A DNA stretch of 64,000 nucleotides from Elusimicrobiota bacterium (GCA_044221725.1 JBGAON010000004.1:256001-320000); one strand, 5' to 3'. Shown: positions 39,936 to 48,558, counted from the stretch's first letter. The notes: a model not told the origin generated them from the sequence alone. A program made the numbers and translations.

Positions 39936-41063
39936 TTGGTACGGGATCCAGATTTCCAAAAAATAAAAAAGGTTGCCTGGGACCTTGGCTTCGACCTTTG
40001 CTCAGTCTCTCCCCTAGAAATTCCCGCGCGCGACCAATCCGCTTATCTTGATTGGTGCGCCACCGGTTCGGCCGGAACCATGGCGTACATGACGCGCGAA
40101 CCCGCGAAGCGCACACAACCGAAGGTCACGTTCCCTCACGCAAAATCTGTTCTCACGCTGGGCGTCAGCTATTACCGCGGGGATTTTCCAAAAAAACCCG
40201 GGCCCGCTTACGGGCGCATCGCGCGTTATGCGTGGGGCGAGGATTATCACAACGTCATCGGTGAGCGATTGCAAAAGCTAATGGCCGAATTAGAAAATCA
40301 ATTTGGTGTTCACGGAGAAACGGCAGCGATCGACACCAAGCCGCTGCTCGAACGGTCGTTGGCCGAACAATCGGGCTTAGGCTTTGTGGGGAAAAACACG
40401 ATGCTCATTGCACCGCGTTCTTCTGTAATCGACTTTCACGTTGGATCCTGGATTTTTCTGGCCGAAATTCTCGTAGAGACCCCTCTCCCGATCGCCTTCG
40501 GCGATCGACCTCCCCCTTCAGGGAGAGGCAATACCGGCTCCCTCTCCCTTCAGCGAGAGGGTTGGGGCGAGGGAAAAGGCTGCGGCGCCTGCACGAAATG
40601 CCTCGACGCTTGCCCGACCGATGCGTTCGAGGGGCCGTATCGCCTGCGCGCGAACAAATGCATTTCGTATCTGACGATCGAAAACAAAGGAGAGATCCCG
40701 GTCGAACTGCGCGAGAAAGTGGGCGATTGGCTTTTCGGTTGCGACGTGTGCCAAGAGGTTTGTCCGTTCAACGCGCGGGAATTCGAAAGTCGTTGGCCGG
40801 AATTTGAGCCGACGCGTGGTGCGGGCGCGTGGATCTCGCTCAAAGAAATTTTTGGCCTAACCGATGACGGTGCTTTTAAACTGCGTTTCGGGAAGACACC
40901 GCTCGCCCGCGCGAAACGTCGTGGGCTGCTGCGAAATGCCGCGGTCGTCGCCGGAAATTCGGCGGATGCCTCGCTCATTCCGTTGCTGGAGAAATTGACG
41001 GATGCCGAAGATACGTTGCTCGCCGAGCATGCGCAATGGGCCATCCGCCGACTCGCCTTATGA
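39936..41063 (+). CDS. queG: tRNA epoxyqueuosine reductase QueG
   Basis: YAWGEDYH, GKN, CGACTKCLDACPT, CISYLTIE, GCDVCQEVCP. Confidence 0.95.
   Translation: MVRDPDFQKIKKVAWDLGFDLCSVSPLEIPARDQSAYLDWCATGSAGTMAYMTREPAKRTQPKVTFPHAKSVLTLGVSYYRGDFPKKPGPAYGRIARYAWGEDYHNVIGERLQKLMAELENQFGVHGETAAIDTKPLLERSLAEQSGLGFVGKNTMLIAPRSSVIDFHVGSWIFLAEILVETPLPIAFGDRPPPSGRGNTGSLSLQREGWGEGKGCGACTKCLDACPTDAFEGPYRLRANKCISYLTIENKGEIPVELREKVGDWLFGCDVCQEVCPFNAREFESRWPEFEPTRGAGAWISLKEIFGLTDDGAFKLRFGKTPLARAKRRGLLRNAAVVAGNSADASLIPLLEKLTDAEDTLLAEHAQWAIRRLAL
40480..40573. repeat. CCCTCTCCC...GGGAGAGG palindromic element inserted in frame in queG
   Basis: CCCCTCTCCCGATCGCCTTCGGCGATCGACCTCCCCCTTCAGGGAGAGG...CCCTCTCCCTT..GAGAGGGTTGGGGCGAGGG; resembles the 4202-4338 family. 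Confidence 0.75.
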
Positions 41064-42217
41064 GGACGACGTTTCCGAATCAAAATTGCGAGGCGCTGAT
41101 CCGGCAAGAAATTGCACGCCGGGGGCCTATGAGTTTTTCAACGTTTGTGGATTTGGCGCTTTATCACCCATCGTATGGTTATTACAACCAGCCGGTGCCC
41201 CGGCGCGGCCGCACCGGCGACTATTTTACGGCGCTTCAAGTATCGGACTTGTTTCCGAAAATTTTTGCTGATGCCATCGTGAAAATGAAAGAGACGCTCG
41301 GGTCCGAACAATTTTCTTTGATCGAAGTGGGTTCGGGCAACGGCGAGTTTCTCGAAGGGGTTTTGAAAGCATTGGCCGAGAGGCAAGCACAGGATCACGC
41401 TCGTACGGGGTCGGTGCGCGTGTGGGCCGTTGAACGAAGCCGTCCCGCGCGCGATCTGCTTTATAAGCGTCTCTCGCGGTTTCAGCGTTGTCAGGTGGTT
41501 TCGTCACTCGATGACATTGAATGGATGGGCACGCTCGAGGGATGTATTTTTTCAAACGAATTGTTTGATGCGCTGCCGTTCGAGCGACGTCGCTGGAATG
41601 GGGAGCGGTGGGAAGAGATTTGTGTGGATGCTCGGAATCAGAAATTCGAAGAGATCACGCGAGAAATATCGAATTCGTTACAAACGAAAATCGAAAGTCG
41701 AGAATCGAAAATCGAAGCGGGACATGAAATTGAATGGCGGCCGCAAATTCCTGATATTTATGCCGAATGGAGTCGGTGGCTCGCGCGCGGATATGTTTTG
41801 ACCGTTGATTATGGGCATCCGCAGGAATCATTTTTTAGTCCGACCCGGGTTCATGGTTCTTGGATGTGCTATCACAAGCATCAAGCCACCAAAGCCGTGT
41901 ACGAAAATATCGGCCAGCAAGACATCACGGCGCACGTGAATTTTTCTCAGCTGGTCGCCGCCGGAAAAGAATCCGGATTCGATCCGGCCCATTTCTGTTC
42001 GCAAGGTATCTTCCTGTCCCACATGGGGCAAAAACGCCTTGAAGAATATCTTGCCACGGCCGATGAAACCACACGGCGCCACCGCGTGGGGGCCGTGCAA
42101 CAGCTGATTCATCCCGACGCGATGGGCGAAGCCTTTTGGGTGCTGCTCCAAACAAAAGGCGTGGAAATGCCCAAATCCTTTGGCGCCATCCCGAGCCGCT
42201 TGCGTCGTTTGGTATGA
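41060..42217 (+). CDS. SAM-dependent methyltransferase, MidA/NDUFAF7 family
   Basis: ALYHP..GYY, GDYFT, EVGSGNG, SNELFDALP, DYG, DITAHVNF. Confidence 0.93.
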   Translation: MRTTFPNQNCEALIRQEIARRGPMSFSTFVDLALYHPSYGYYNQPVPRRGRTGDYFTALQVSDLFPKIFADAIVKMKETLGSEQFSLIEVGSGNGEFLEGVLKALAERQAQDHARTGSVRVWAVERSRPARDLLYKRLSRFQRCQVVSSLDDIEWMGTLEGCIFSNELFDALPFERRRWNGERWEEICVDARNQKFEEITREISNSLQTKIESRESKIEAGHEIEWRPQIPDIYAEWSRWLARGYVLTVDYGHPQESFFSPTRVHGSWMCYHKHQATKAVYENIGQQDITAHVNFSQLVAAGKESGFDPAHFCSQGIFLSHMGQKRLEEYLATADETTRRHRVGAVQQLIHPDAMGEAFWVLLQTKGVEMPKSFGAIPSRLRRLV

Positions 42218-42304
42218 TCCTCGCCCCTCCTAAAAAACACTAACTCCGACGTAAAAAAGTATTTCTCTCCTCCTTACGTTCTCCTCCCGGGCAAAGGAGA
42301 AACT

Positions 42305-42502
42305 ATGCAAAGTCGAAAGAAAAACCGCCCCTCAGGAAATGCCGTTGTCGAATACATTCTCATTACCGCGTTAACAGCGCTGGCCACCGTCGCGATTTTC
42401 CGAACGTTCCGCGCCGATGTGACCACCGCCTACAAAAAAGCCGGTGAAGCGTTGATAAAAGGCGTTGAGGAAGGAACCGGAAGCGGGCCTGCGTCACAGT
42501 GA
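42305..42502 (+). CDS. Flp-type (type IVc) pilin
   Basis: Basic leader, G|NAVVEY prepilin motif, hydrophobic helix; SD AAGGAG. Confidence 0.8.
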   Translation: MQSRKKNRPSGNAVVEYILITALTALATVAIFRTFRADVTTAYKKAGEALIKGVEEGTGSGPASQ

Positions 42503-43239
42503 AGTCGGCAACGCTCATAATCACGGGCGTTTTTCTGCTCGCGCCATGGGTGGCCCTTCCCGCCCCGCGCGTAGCGCGAAAAGTGCCGATTGAAGTTCAG
42601 GTTGAGGTGAACGAAGTGGACAACGAACGCGCTGCCAGTTTGGGGATTGATTGGCTGGACAGTGCCACGCTTCAAGAAAAATCACCGGCCGGTATTCTTG
42701 CGATTGGGAAAGTGGAACGCGTCACTGCGCTGCGGGCGGATCTGCACTTTCTTGAAGAGGAAGGCGCAGCGGAGTTGTTGGCGAACCCGAACCTCGTTAC
42801 CGATTCCGGCACCGGGGCCGCGTTCCATGCGGGCGGAGAAATTCCGTACATCACGAGTTCCTCGCTCGGCACGACAAACGTGCAGTTCAAGTCTTACGGA
42901 GTGTTGCTCGACGTGCACCCCACCTTGTTGGCCGACGGCCGAATTCAAATGGGCGTGCGCGCCGGCGTGAGCGCGCCCGACACGTCGGCCGGCACCATGG
43001 TCTCGGGGAATGCGGTGCCCGCGCTGCTCACGCGCGACGTCACATCGAACGTAACAATGGAACCGGGGCTAACGATGACGCTTGCGGGTCTCGTCCAAAC
43101 CCAAAAAACCGAAACCGAAAAAGGCGTTCCGCTGTTGCGCCGTATTCCATTTCTCGGACGGCTGTTTCGGTGGCGCAGGACAAATTTCCGCCGAACGACT
43201 ATAATCATGTTCATTACACCTCGAGTAGCAACCCGATAA
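42499..43239 (+). CDS. Short secretin (RcpA/CpaC-like, secretin domain only)
   Basis: LANPNLVT.SG..A.F.AGGEIP, YGV.L.V.P, LAGL, GVPLL..IPFLG.LF, FITP. Confidence 0.88.
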   Translation: MKSATLIITGVFLLAPWVALPAPRVARKVPIEVQVEVNEVDNERAASLGIDWLDSATLQEKSPAGILAIGKVERVTALRADLHFLEEEGAAELLANPNLVTDSGTGAAFHAGGEIPYITSSSLGTTNVQFKSYGVLLDVHPTLLADGRIQMGVRAGVSAPDTSAGTMVSGNAVPALLTRDVTSNVTMEPGLTMTLAGLVQTQKTETEKGVPLLRRIPFLGRLFRWRRTNFRRTTIIMFITPRVATR

Positions 43240-43257
43240 CAAAGGAGAAATTTCCCC

Positions 43258-44052
43258 ATGTCCCAACCATCCGCACCGACGCGTCGCCCGCTCATTGCCG
43301 CTAATTGGAAAATGTACAAAACCCCGTCCGAGTCCGACGCTTTCGTAAAAGAGTTTTTGCCAAAAGTTTCGTCGAGCAACGACGTCGATATCGTGTTGTG
43401 CCCACCTTTCACCTCTCTTGCGACGGTCGGGGCAAATTTAAAAAACTCTAACGTGGCGTTGGGGGGTCAAAACCTCAATGAAAATGCGGAAGGCGCCTAC
43501 ACCGGGGAAGTGTCGCCGGGCATGCTAACAGCCGTGGGTTGCACCTACGTCATTATCGGGCACTCGGAACGTCGACAGTATTTCGGTGAAACGGATGCGC
43601 TGGTGAACAAAAAAATCATCACCGCTCTGAAAAACAATCTGATTCCTATCGTGTGCGTCGGTGAATCGCTTGCCGAACGTGAAGCGAATTCTACGTTGGA
43701 GGTGGTGAGTCGCCAGGTAAAAGCCGCGCTCGCGGATATTCCCTCCGCGGACACCAAGAAAATTGTTTTGGCGTACGAACCGATTTGGGCCATTGGTACC
43801 GGCCGCACGGCCACGCCCCAACAAGCGCAAGAAGTTCATCTGGCCATCCGCGATATTTTAAAAGACCAATACGGTTCTCTTACGTCGTTGGCGATTCGCA
43901 TCCTCTACGGCGGTTCCGTGAAGCCGGAAAATATGGCGGAATTAATGGCCTGCGAAGACATTGACGGAGGTCTCGTGGGTGGCGCAAGTCTAAAAGCCGA
44001 ATCGTTTGCTTCTATTGTCAATTATAAGTCACAAAAATTGGTGCAACGCTGA
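43258..44052 (+). CDS. tpiA: Triosephosphate isomerase
   Basis: ANWKM, GHSERR, AYEPIWAIGTG, YGGSV, LVGGAS. Confidence 0.98.
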   Translation: MSQPSAPTRRPLIAANWKMYKTPSESDAFVKEFLPKVSSSNDVDIVLCPPFTSLATVGANLKNSNVALGGQNLNENAEGAYTGEVSPGMLTAVGCTYVIIGHSERRQYFGETDALVNKKIITALKNNLIPIVCVGESLAEREANSTLEVVSRQVKAALADIPSADTKKIVLAYEPIWAIGTGRTATPQQAQEVHLAIRDILKDQYGSLTSLAIRILYGGSVKPENMAELMACEDIDGGLVGGASLKAESFASIVNYKSQKLVQR

Positions 44053-44166
44053 CGCGCTTTTCCTTCTGATTTTTCGCAGCAAATTTCGGTCCGTGCTCGT
44101 AAGATAATCCTTGAAAGACCGGTTCCTTCCACGCATATTATTGGAGGGAAAACACATTGAAAAACC

Positions 44167-45315
44167 ATGGATAATCACGAACCGACGCCACAACCACGGA
44201 AGGAAGTTTCTATGGACGGGTTGTTGGATGAGCTCCGAAATGTCTTGTCCGGCTTAAGTGGCGCCGAAGCAGCGCCGCCTTCGCCCAGCATCGAACCAGA
44301 TCGAATTGCTCCGCCGGAGCCAATTCAGCGTGCGCCTTCGGCGCCACCCGCCTTTATCGGCAATGCCGAGCCCACCGCCGCCCCCGCAACGTCGTCCGAT
44401 GCCGATTTTTGGAAAGGAAACGTTCTCGGTTGGCCGGCCAGTGGCGCAGAAGCCGAGCAACCGGCCACGGCTTTTTCGGAAACCGCACCTTTTTCCTCGA
44501 TGGGAGCCCCAGAAATTCCTGAGAAACCCGCTCCGCCCGCGCCCACGGAATCCGAACGATCGGCAAACAATCCGTTTGTTGCGTACGGCGATCAGAAATT
44601 TCTGCTTGGCGATGACGCGCCCAAATTGGAAAAGCCGGCGTTGGAAGGCAAGCCGTTTTCTCTGGATACACCATTTTTAAGCGATGACTCTTTCACGAGC
44701 GAACCCGCAATCGATAAAACCGAACAACCGATATTCGAGCCGCCGCCTCGGCCGCCCATGGACCCGTCGTTGGTCGGCACTCAAGAATCGTGGAAACCCG
44801 AAGAGCTGATACCGGCACCTCCACTGCCGCCCGTATCCGCGCCGACGGCCCAATCCGTGATTCCAATTCCGGGCACCCTCACCAACGAAGCAGAGCCTCC
44901 GGCCAAAAAGATGAGCGACGCGGGTCTTGAATTGGATAAAGCCGAAGTAAAACCTTCCGGCTTCGTTCAAATTGCCTGTTTTTTCCGCGAAGGGCATGAA
45001 CGCGCGGCTCAACAATTCGTAGGCAAATTAAAAGAACTCGCAGATAAATCAAAAGCTCATTTGAAGATTGAGCCGGTATTTTTGAACGCTTGGAGCCCCA
45101 GCGCGGCGGATTCGTCCGCATGGATTCAATCCGCAAAACTGTCTGGAGCCGATCTTATGTTTGTGCTCGCACCCAAAGTTGAGCTCGATGCGTTTAGATC
45201 CTTAACGATCAATCCGATCCAAACCGGCATCCGGGTTCGTCTGATTGCGGTGGAACAAATCGCATTGCGGACGCTGTACATGGATATTCTAATCGAGTTG
45301 GAGCGGGGGCGATAA
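44167..45315 (+). CDS. Hypothetical protein: N-terminal amphipathic helix, long Pro/acidic disordered region, C-terminal alpha/beta domain
   Basis: 382-aa ORF coupled to the next gene by a TAATG overlap; its C-terminal domain aligns with that of the next ORF. Confidence 0.8.
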   Translation: MDNHEPTPQPRKEVSMDGLLDELRNVLSGLSGAEAAPPSPSIEPDRIAPPEPIQRAPSAPPAFIGNAEPTAAPATSSDADFWKGNVLGWPASGAEAEQPATAFSETAPFSSMGAPEIPEKPAPPAPTESERSANNPFVAYGDQKFLLGDDAPKLEKPALEGKPFSLDTPFLSDDSFTSEPAIDKTEQPIFEPPPRPPMDPSLVGTQESWKPEELIPAPPLPPVSAPTAQSVIPIPGTLTNEAEPPAKKMSDAGLELDKAEVKPSGFVQIACFFREGHERAAQQFVGKLKELADKSKAHLKIEPVFLNAWSPSAADSSAWIQSAKLSGADLMFVLAPKVELDAFRSLTINPIQTGIRVRLIAVEQIALRTLYMDILIELERGR

Positions 45316-46973
45316 TGGCAAAGACCGAAGCCGCTTCCGGGCTCAAGCCACTTTACTCGTTTGAAGAGTTGGTGATTGGTCCGCACAATCAGGTCGCGGT
45401 TGGTGCTTGCATGGAGGTCGTGAAGTCTCCGGGTGAAACATACAACCCACTTTTTGTCTATGGCCCTCCGGGCGTGGGAAAGACACATTTGATGCAGGCC
45501 GTGGCGCACGAGCTGTTAAAGAAAAATACAGAATTCAAGATTCGCTACATTTCGGCCGAACGCTTTATGAGCGAGGTTCTTACAGCCATTTCAGAAGACC
45601 GGATGTTGGACGTGCGTCGGTTTTACAGCTTGCTCGATCTTTTGATCATCGACGATGTGCAATACATGACCGAGTCCAAAATTTCTCAGGAAGAATTGTT
45701 TCACGTTTTCAACAACTTGCACCAAGCAAATCGGCAAGTGATTCTCGCGGCCGATCGCCCTCCGAACCAATTAACGACTCTGAACAAAAATATTCGTAGC
45801 CGGCTGGAATGGGGTTTATCGACCGATATTCGCATTCCCGAAGAACCAACCCGCATCGAAATTTTGAAGAAGAAACAGCACCAGCTTCAGGGCATCGATC
45901 TTACTAGCGAGATGTTTGCCTATGTCGCCCGGAATTTAAAATCAAATGTTCGCGAGTTGGAGGGGTTTTTAAAACGCATTCACGCCTACGTGACATTGTC
46001 GCACCAAGATCTGACAATGGATCTCGTGAAATCCGTCGTAAAAGAAATTTGTCCGGAGATTGCGAGCGAACCCGAAAGTCTCGAACCACCTCCAGCAAAA
46101 AAGAAAAGTTACACGAACGGTCATGCGGTTGGGGCGCCAGCGCCAAAAGCGGCGCCGCCACCTCCAGCGCCAGCACCACCCCCGCCGCCTCCGCCAAAAC
46201 CAGCGCCTCCACCGCCTCCGGTGATCGAGAAAATAGCGGATACGCGGTTTGAAGAACCCATTTCGCAAAAGCAGAGTGACCAAATTCCGTTCGATCTGTT
46301 TTTGGAATCCATCGAGTCGGTGCAGACGCCCGAATCTCTGCCAACGCCCGCTCGACCGGCACCGCCGCCACCACCGGCGGCCGTTTCAGAACCCGTGAAA
46401 CAAGCGGCGCCGCCTCCGCCACCGGTTGCTCTCGCACCCGCAAAGAAAGCGCCGCCGCCGTTCGAACCAGTGGAAATGGCGTCTCCGCCTCCGGCGCCAG
46501 CCGCGCCCAAAGCGCCACCCGCACTAGCCCCGTTGCCCGCGGTCCCCGAACCGGTCGCCGAAGAAGAGGCGGATGAGGATCAAAGCGCCCACAAAGAAAT
46601 TTTAGCGGTCTTTTTCTATCCCGAAGCAGCGAGCGATGCGCTGGAGACCGTTTCGAAAAAATTTCAGGAAGTCATTCGCAAACACAAATTGAAATTTCGA
46701 TTGAGAGGTGTGCACAACCAGCCTTACGTGTACAAAGGAAAAATAAACTATGCCGGTTTCGTCGATGTCTGCAAAACCAACAAAGTGCCCGTTGCGATCG
46801 TAATTGGGCCACCACCGGACAGCGCTCTCCCGCAACAAGATTTTTATGATCTGTTGACGGTGACGCTCGATGTTCAGGGCGTGTCGTTGCAGCTCGTGAA
46901 CTGGAGTGAAATTCATAAAGATTACCGTTACTTAAATCTTGCGTTGGATATTGCTTTGGTGAGATCGCGATGA
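45315..46973 (+). CDS. DnaA/Hda-family AAA+ protein lacking domains I and IV, with poly-Pro linker and unusual C-terminal domain
   Basis: YNPLFVYGPPGVGKTHL, LLIIDDVQ, QEELFHVFN, ADRPP, RSRLEWG, NVRELEG. Confidence 0.9.
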   Translation: MAKTEAASGLKPLYSFEELVIGPHNQVAVGACMEVVKSPGETYNPLFVYGPPGVGKTHLMQAVAHELLKKNTEFKIRYISAERFMSEVLTAISEDRMLDVRRFYSLLDLLIIDDVQYMTESKISQEELFHVFNNLHQANRQVILAADRPPNQLTTLNKNIRSRLEWGLSTDIRIPEEPTRIEILKKKQHQLQGIDLTSEMFAYVARNLKSNVRELEGFLKRIHAYVTLSHQDLTMDLVKSVVKEICPEIASEPESLEPPPAKKKSYTNGHAVGAPAPKAAPPPPAPAPPPPPPPKPAPPPPPVIEKIADTRFEEPISQKQSDQIPFDLFLESIESVQTPESLPTPARPAPPPPPAAVSEPVKQAAPPPPPVALAPAKKAPPPFEPVEMASPPPAPAAPKAPPALAPLPAVPEPVAEEEADEDQSAHKEILAVFFYPEAASDALETVSKKFQEVIRKHKLKFRLRGVHNQPYVYKGKINYAGFVDVCKTNKVPVAIVIGPPPDSALPQQDFYDLLTVTLDVQGVSLQLVNWSEIHKDYRYLNLALDIALVRSR

Positions 46974-48337
46974 CTTCGATGATTGGCATGATCGGCAAGT
47001 GGAAAGGCAGCGCTGTTGTCGATGTATTGGTTGCTTTCGTCCAAGCGTGGGACGTGCGCGGTCCGGATGAAGTGTCCATTTGTTCGGGCACGCTCGATGT
47101 AATTCGCGCGTATCTGGGTGACCGGCCCTGTTGCGTATGGAAAAAACAGGGCGAAGGACTGATAAAGATTTGTGAACGCGGCATGATGGAATTGTTCTAT
47201 TCCGAAAAAGAGCCGGAACATCAGGCAGCGTTAAAGCGCGCGCTCGTGACCGGTTCTTCCGAATTTGACGCTTGCCGCTTAAGCCCCCTTGCTTCCGATT
47301 TAAAACTCGGTTTTGACGGGCTGTTGCATATCCCAATCAAAGGCAAAGACGACATTATGGGCATCATGTCGTTGGCCGTTGTAAAAAAAGAATCGCGGGA
47401 CCGCGAATTTGTGCAGCCGCTCGAAGCGCTCGGTCGCCTCGTTGCGATTGCGCTCAACTACGGCCGTGATCAAGAACAAAATATAAGCCGCGAACGCCGC
47501 CTCAAAGCCGAAGTGGAAGCAACCACGCGCGAACTCGAGGAAACAAACTCGCGCCTCATCGATCGCGTAAAGGAACTGAAAACTCTCTATAAAGAATTGC
47601 AGAAGCGCGTTGAGGAATTAACGAACGCGAACCGCGCAAAAGACGAATTTTTGTCGATTGTCAGCCACGAACTGCGCACGCCATTAACGTCGTTAACCGG
47701 TTTCTTAAGCGTTTTGCTCGACGAAGAAGCGGGCAGTATCACCGAACAGCAACGCAAATTCTTGGGCATCGCGAAGCAATCAGCGACCCGACTCAATTTG
47801 ATTATTTCCGATCTGCTGGACGTGTCCCGTATCGAATCCGGCCGATTGAACCTCGAAATGGGCGAGTGTTCGTTGCACGATATTTTGCAGACGAGCTACG
47901 AAGGGCTGAAAGCGGCGGCCGCCAACAAATCAATTCAGTTCCGGCTTCATGCGCTGCCCTCGTTGCCGCAGATTTGGGGCGATCCGAGTCGTTTGCAGCA
48001 GGTGGTGGACAACATTGTTTCGAATGCGATTAAGTTCACCGAGCGCGGTGGCGAAATCGATTTGATCGGCGAAGAGAAAGGCGATTTTCTGCAAGTTTCG
48101 ATTCGCGACACCGGCTGCGGCTTAACACCCCAAGAACAAGAGAAAGTGTTCGACATGTTCTATCAGGCCGATGCGTCCACGCGCCGCTCGGCCGGCGGTG
48201 CGGGCCTTGGGCTCGCAATCGCACGCGGCATCGTAAACATGCACGGCGGCCAAATTTCGGTGCAATCCGAAAAAGGGAAAGGCGCCACGTTCATTTTCCT
48301 GATCCCGCGCAAGCGCGAACAAAAGAAAGCCGCGTAG
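46970..48337 (+). CDS. Cytoplasmic sensor histidine kinase (GAF-like, coiled coil, HisKA, HATPase)
   Basis: SHELRTPL, NAIKFT, DTGCG, GAGLGL; no TM segment; ATGA overlap with the previous gene. Confidence 0.94.
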   Translation: MTSMIGMIGKWKGSAVVDVLVAFVQAWDVRGPDEVSICSGTLDVIRAYLGDRPCCVWKKQGEGLIKICERGMMELFYSEKEPEHQAALKRALVTGSSEFDACRLSPLASDLKLGFDGLLHIPIKGKDDIMGIMSLAVVKKESRDREFVQPLEALGRLVAIALNYGRDQEQNISRERRLKAEVEATTRELEETNSRLIDRVKELKTLYKELQKRVEELTNANRAKDEFLSIVSHELRTPLTSLTGFLSVLLDEEAGSITEQQRKFLGIAKQSATRLNLIISDLLDVSRIESGRLNLEMGECSLHDILQTSYEGLKAAAANKSIQFRLHALPSLPQIWGDPSRLQQVVDNIVSNAIKFTERGGEIDLIGEEKGDFLQVSIRDTGCGLTPQEQEKVFDMFYQADASTRRSAGGAGLGLAIARGIVNMHGGQISVQSEKGKGATFIFLIPRKREQKKAA

Positions 48338-48338
48338 C

Positions 48339-48515
48339 TCGTCCTTTCCTACCTTCCAAAGTCCGTCCTTCGACGGAAAAACGGCCGCAAAAGCCAAACG
48401 CAATTTGTTGGACGCCCTCAAGCTTTACATCGACGACTGCCGAGCCGACGGCACAAAAGTCCCACACTCCCACATCAGTTCCGCCCGAATAGAGACAATT
48501 TCTTTAGCCGCTTAA
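48339..48515 (+). pseudogene. 5'-truncated HicB-like antitoxin remnant
   Basis: Manual translation SSFPTFQSPSFDGKTAAKAKRNLLDALKLYIDDCRADGTKVP...; no start codon. Confidence 0.65.
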
Positions 48516-48558
48516 ATGGCTGAAGCAAAAGAGCCCTTCGTTGTGGTATTCTTCCGTC

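Noticed and set aside
45315..46973. Canonical dnaA and a nearby oriC
   Set aside because: Domains I and IV are absent, no dnaN/rpmH/gyrB is adjacent, and I saw no TTATCCACA cluster.
44167..48337. Short prokaryotic Argonaute defence system
   Set aside because: No PIWI domain and no APAZ/TIR/SIR2 partner; only a MID-like pattern lacking the key lysines.
48300..48515. Read-through fusion of the kinase to the HicB-like frame
   Set aside because: The HicB-like frame is shifted relative to the kinase stop and no slippery site is evident.
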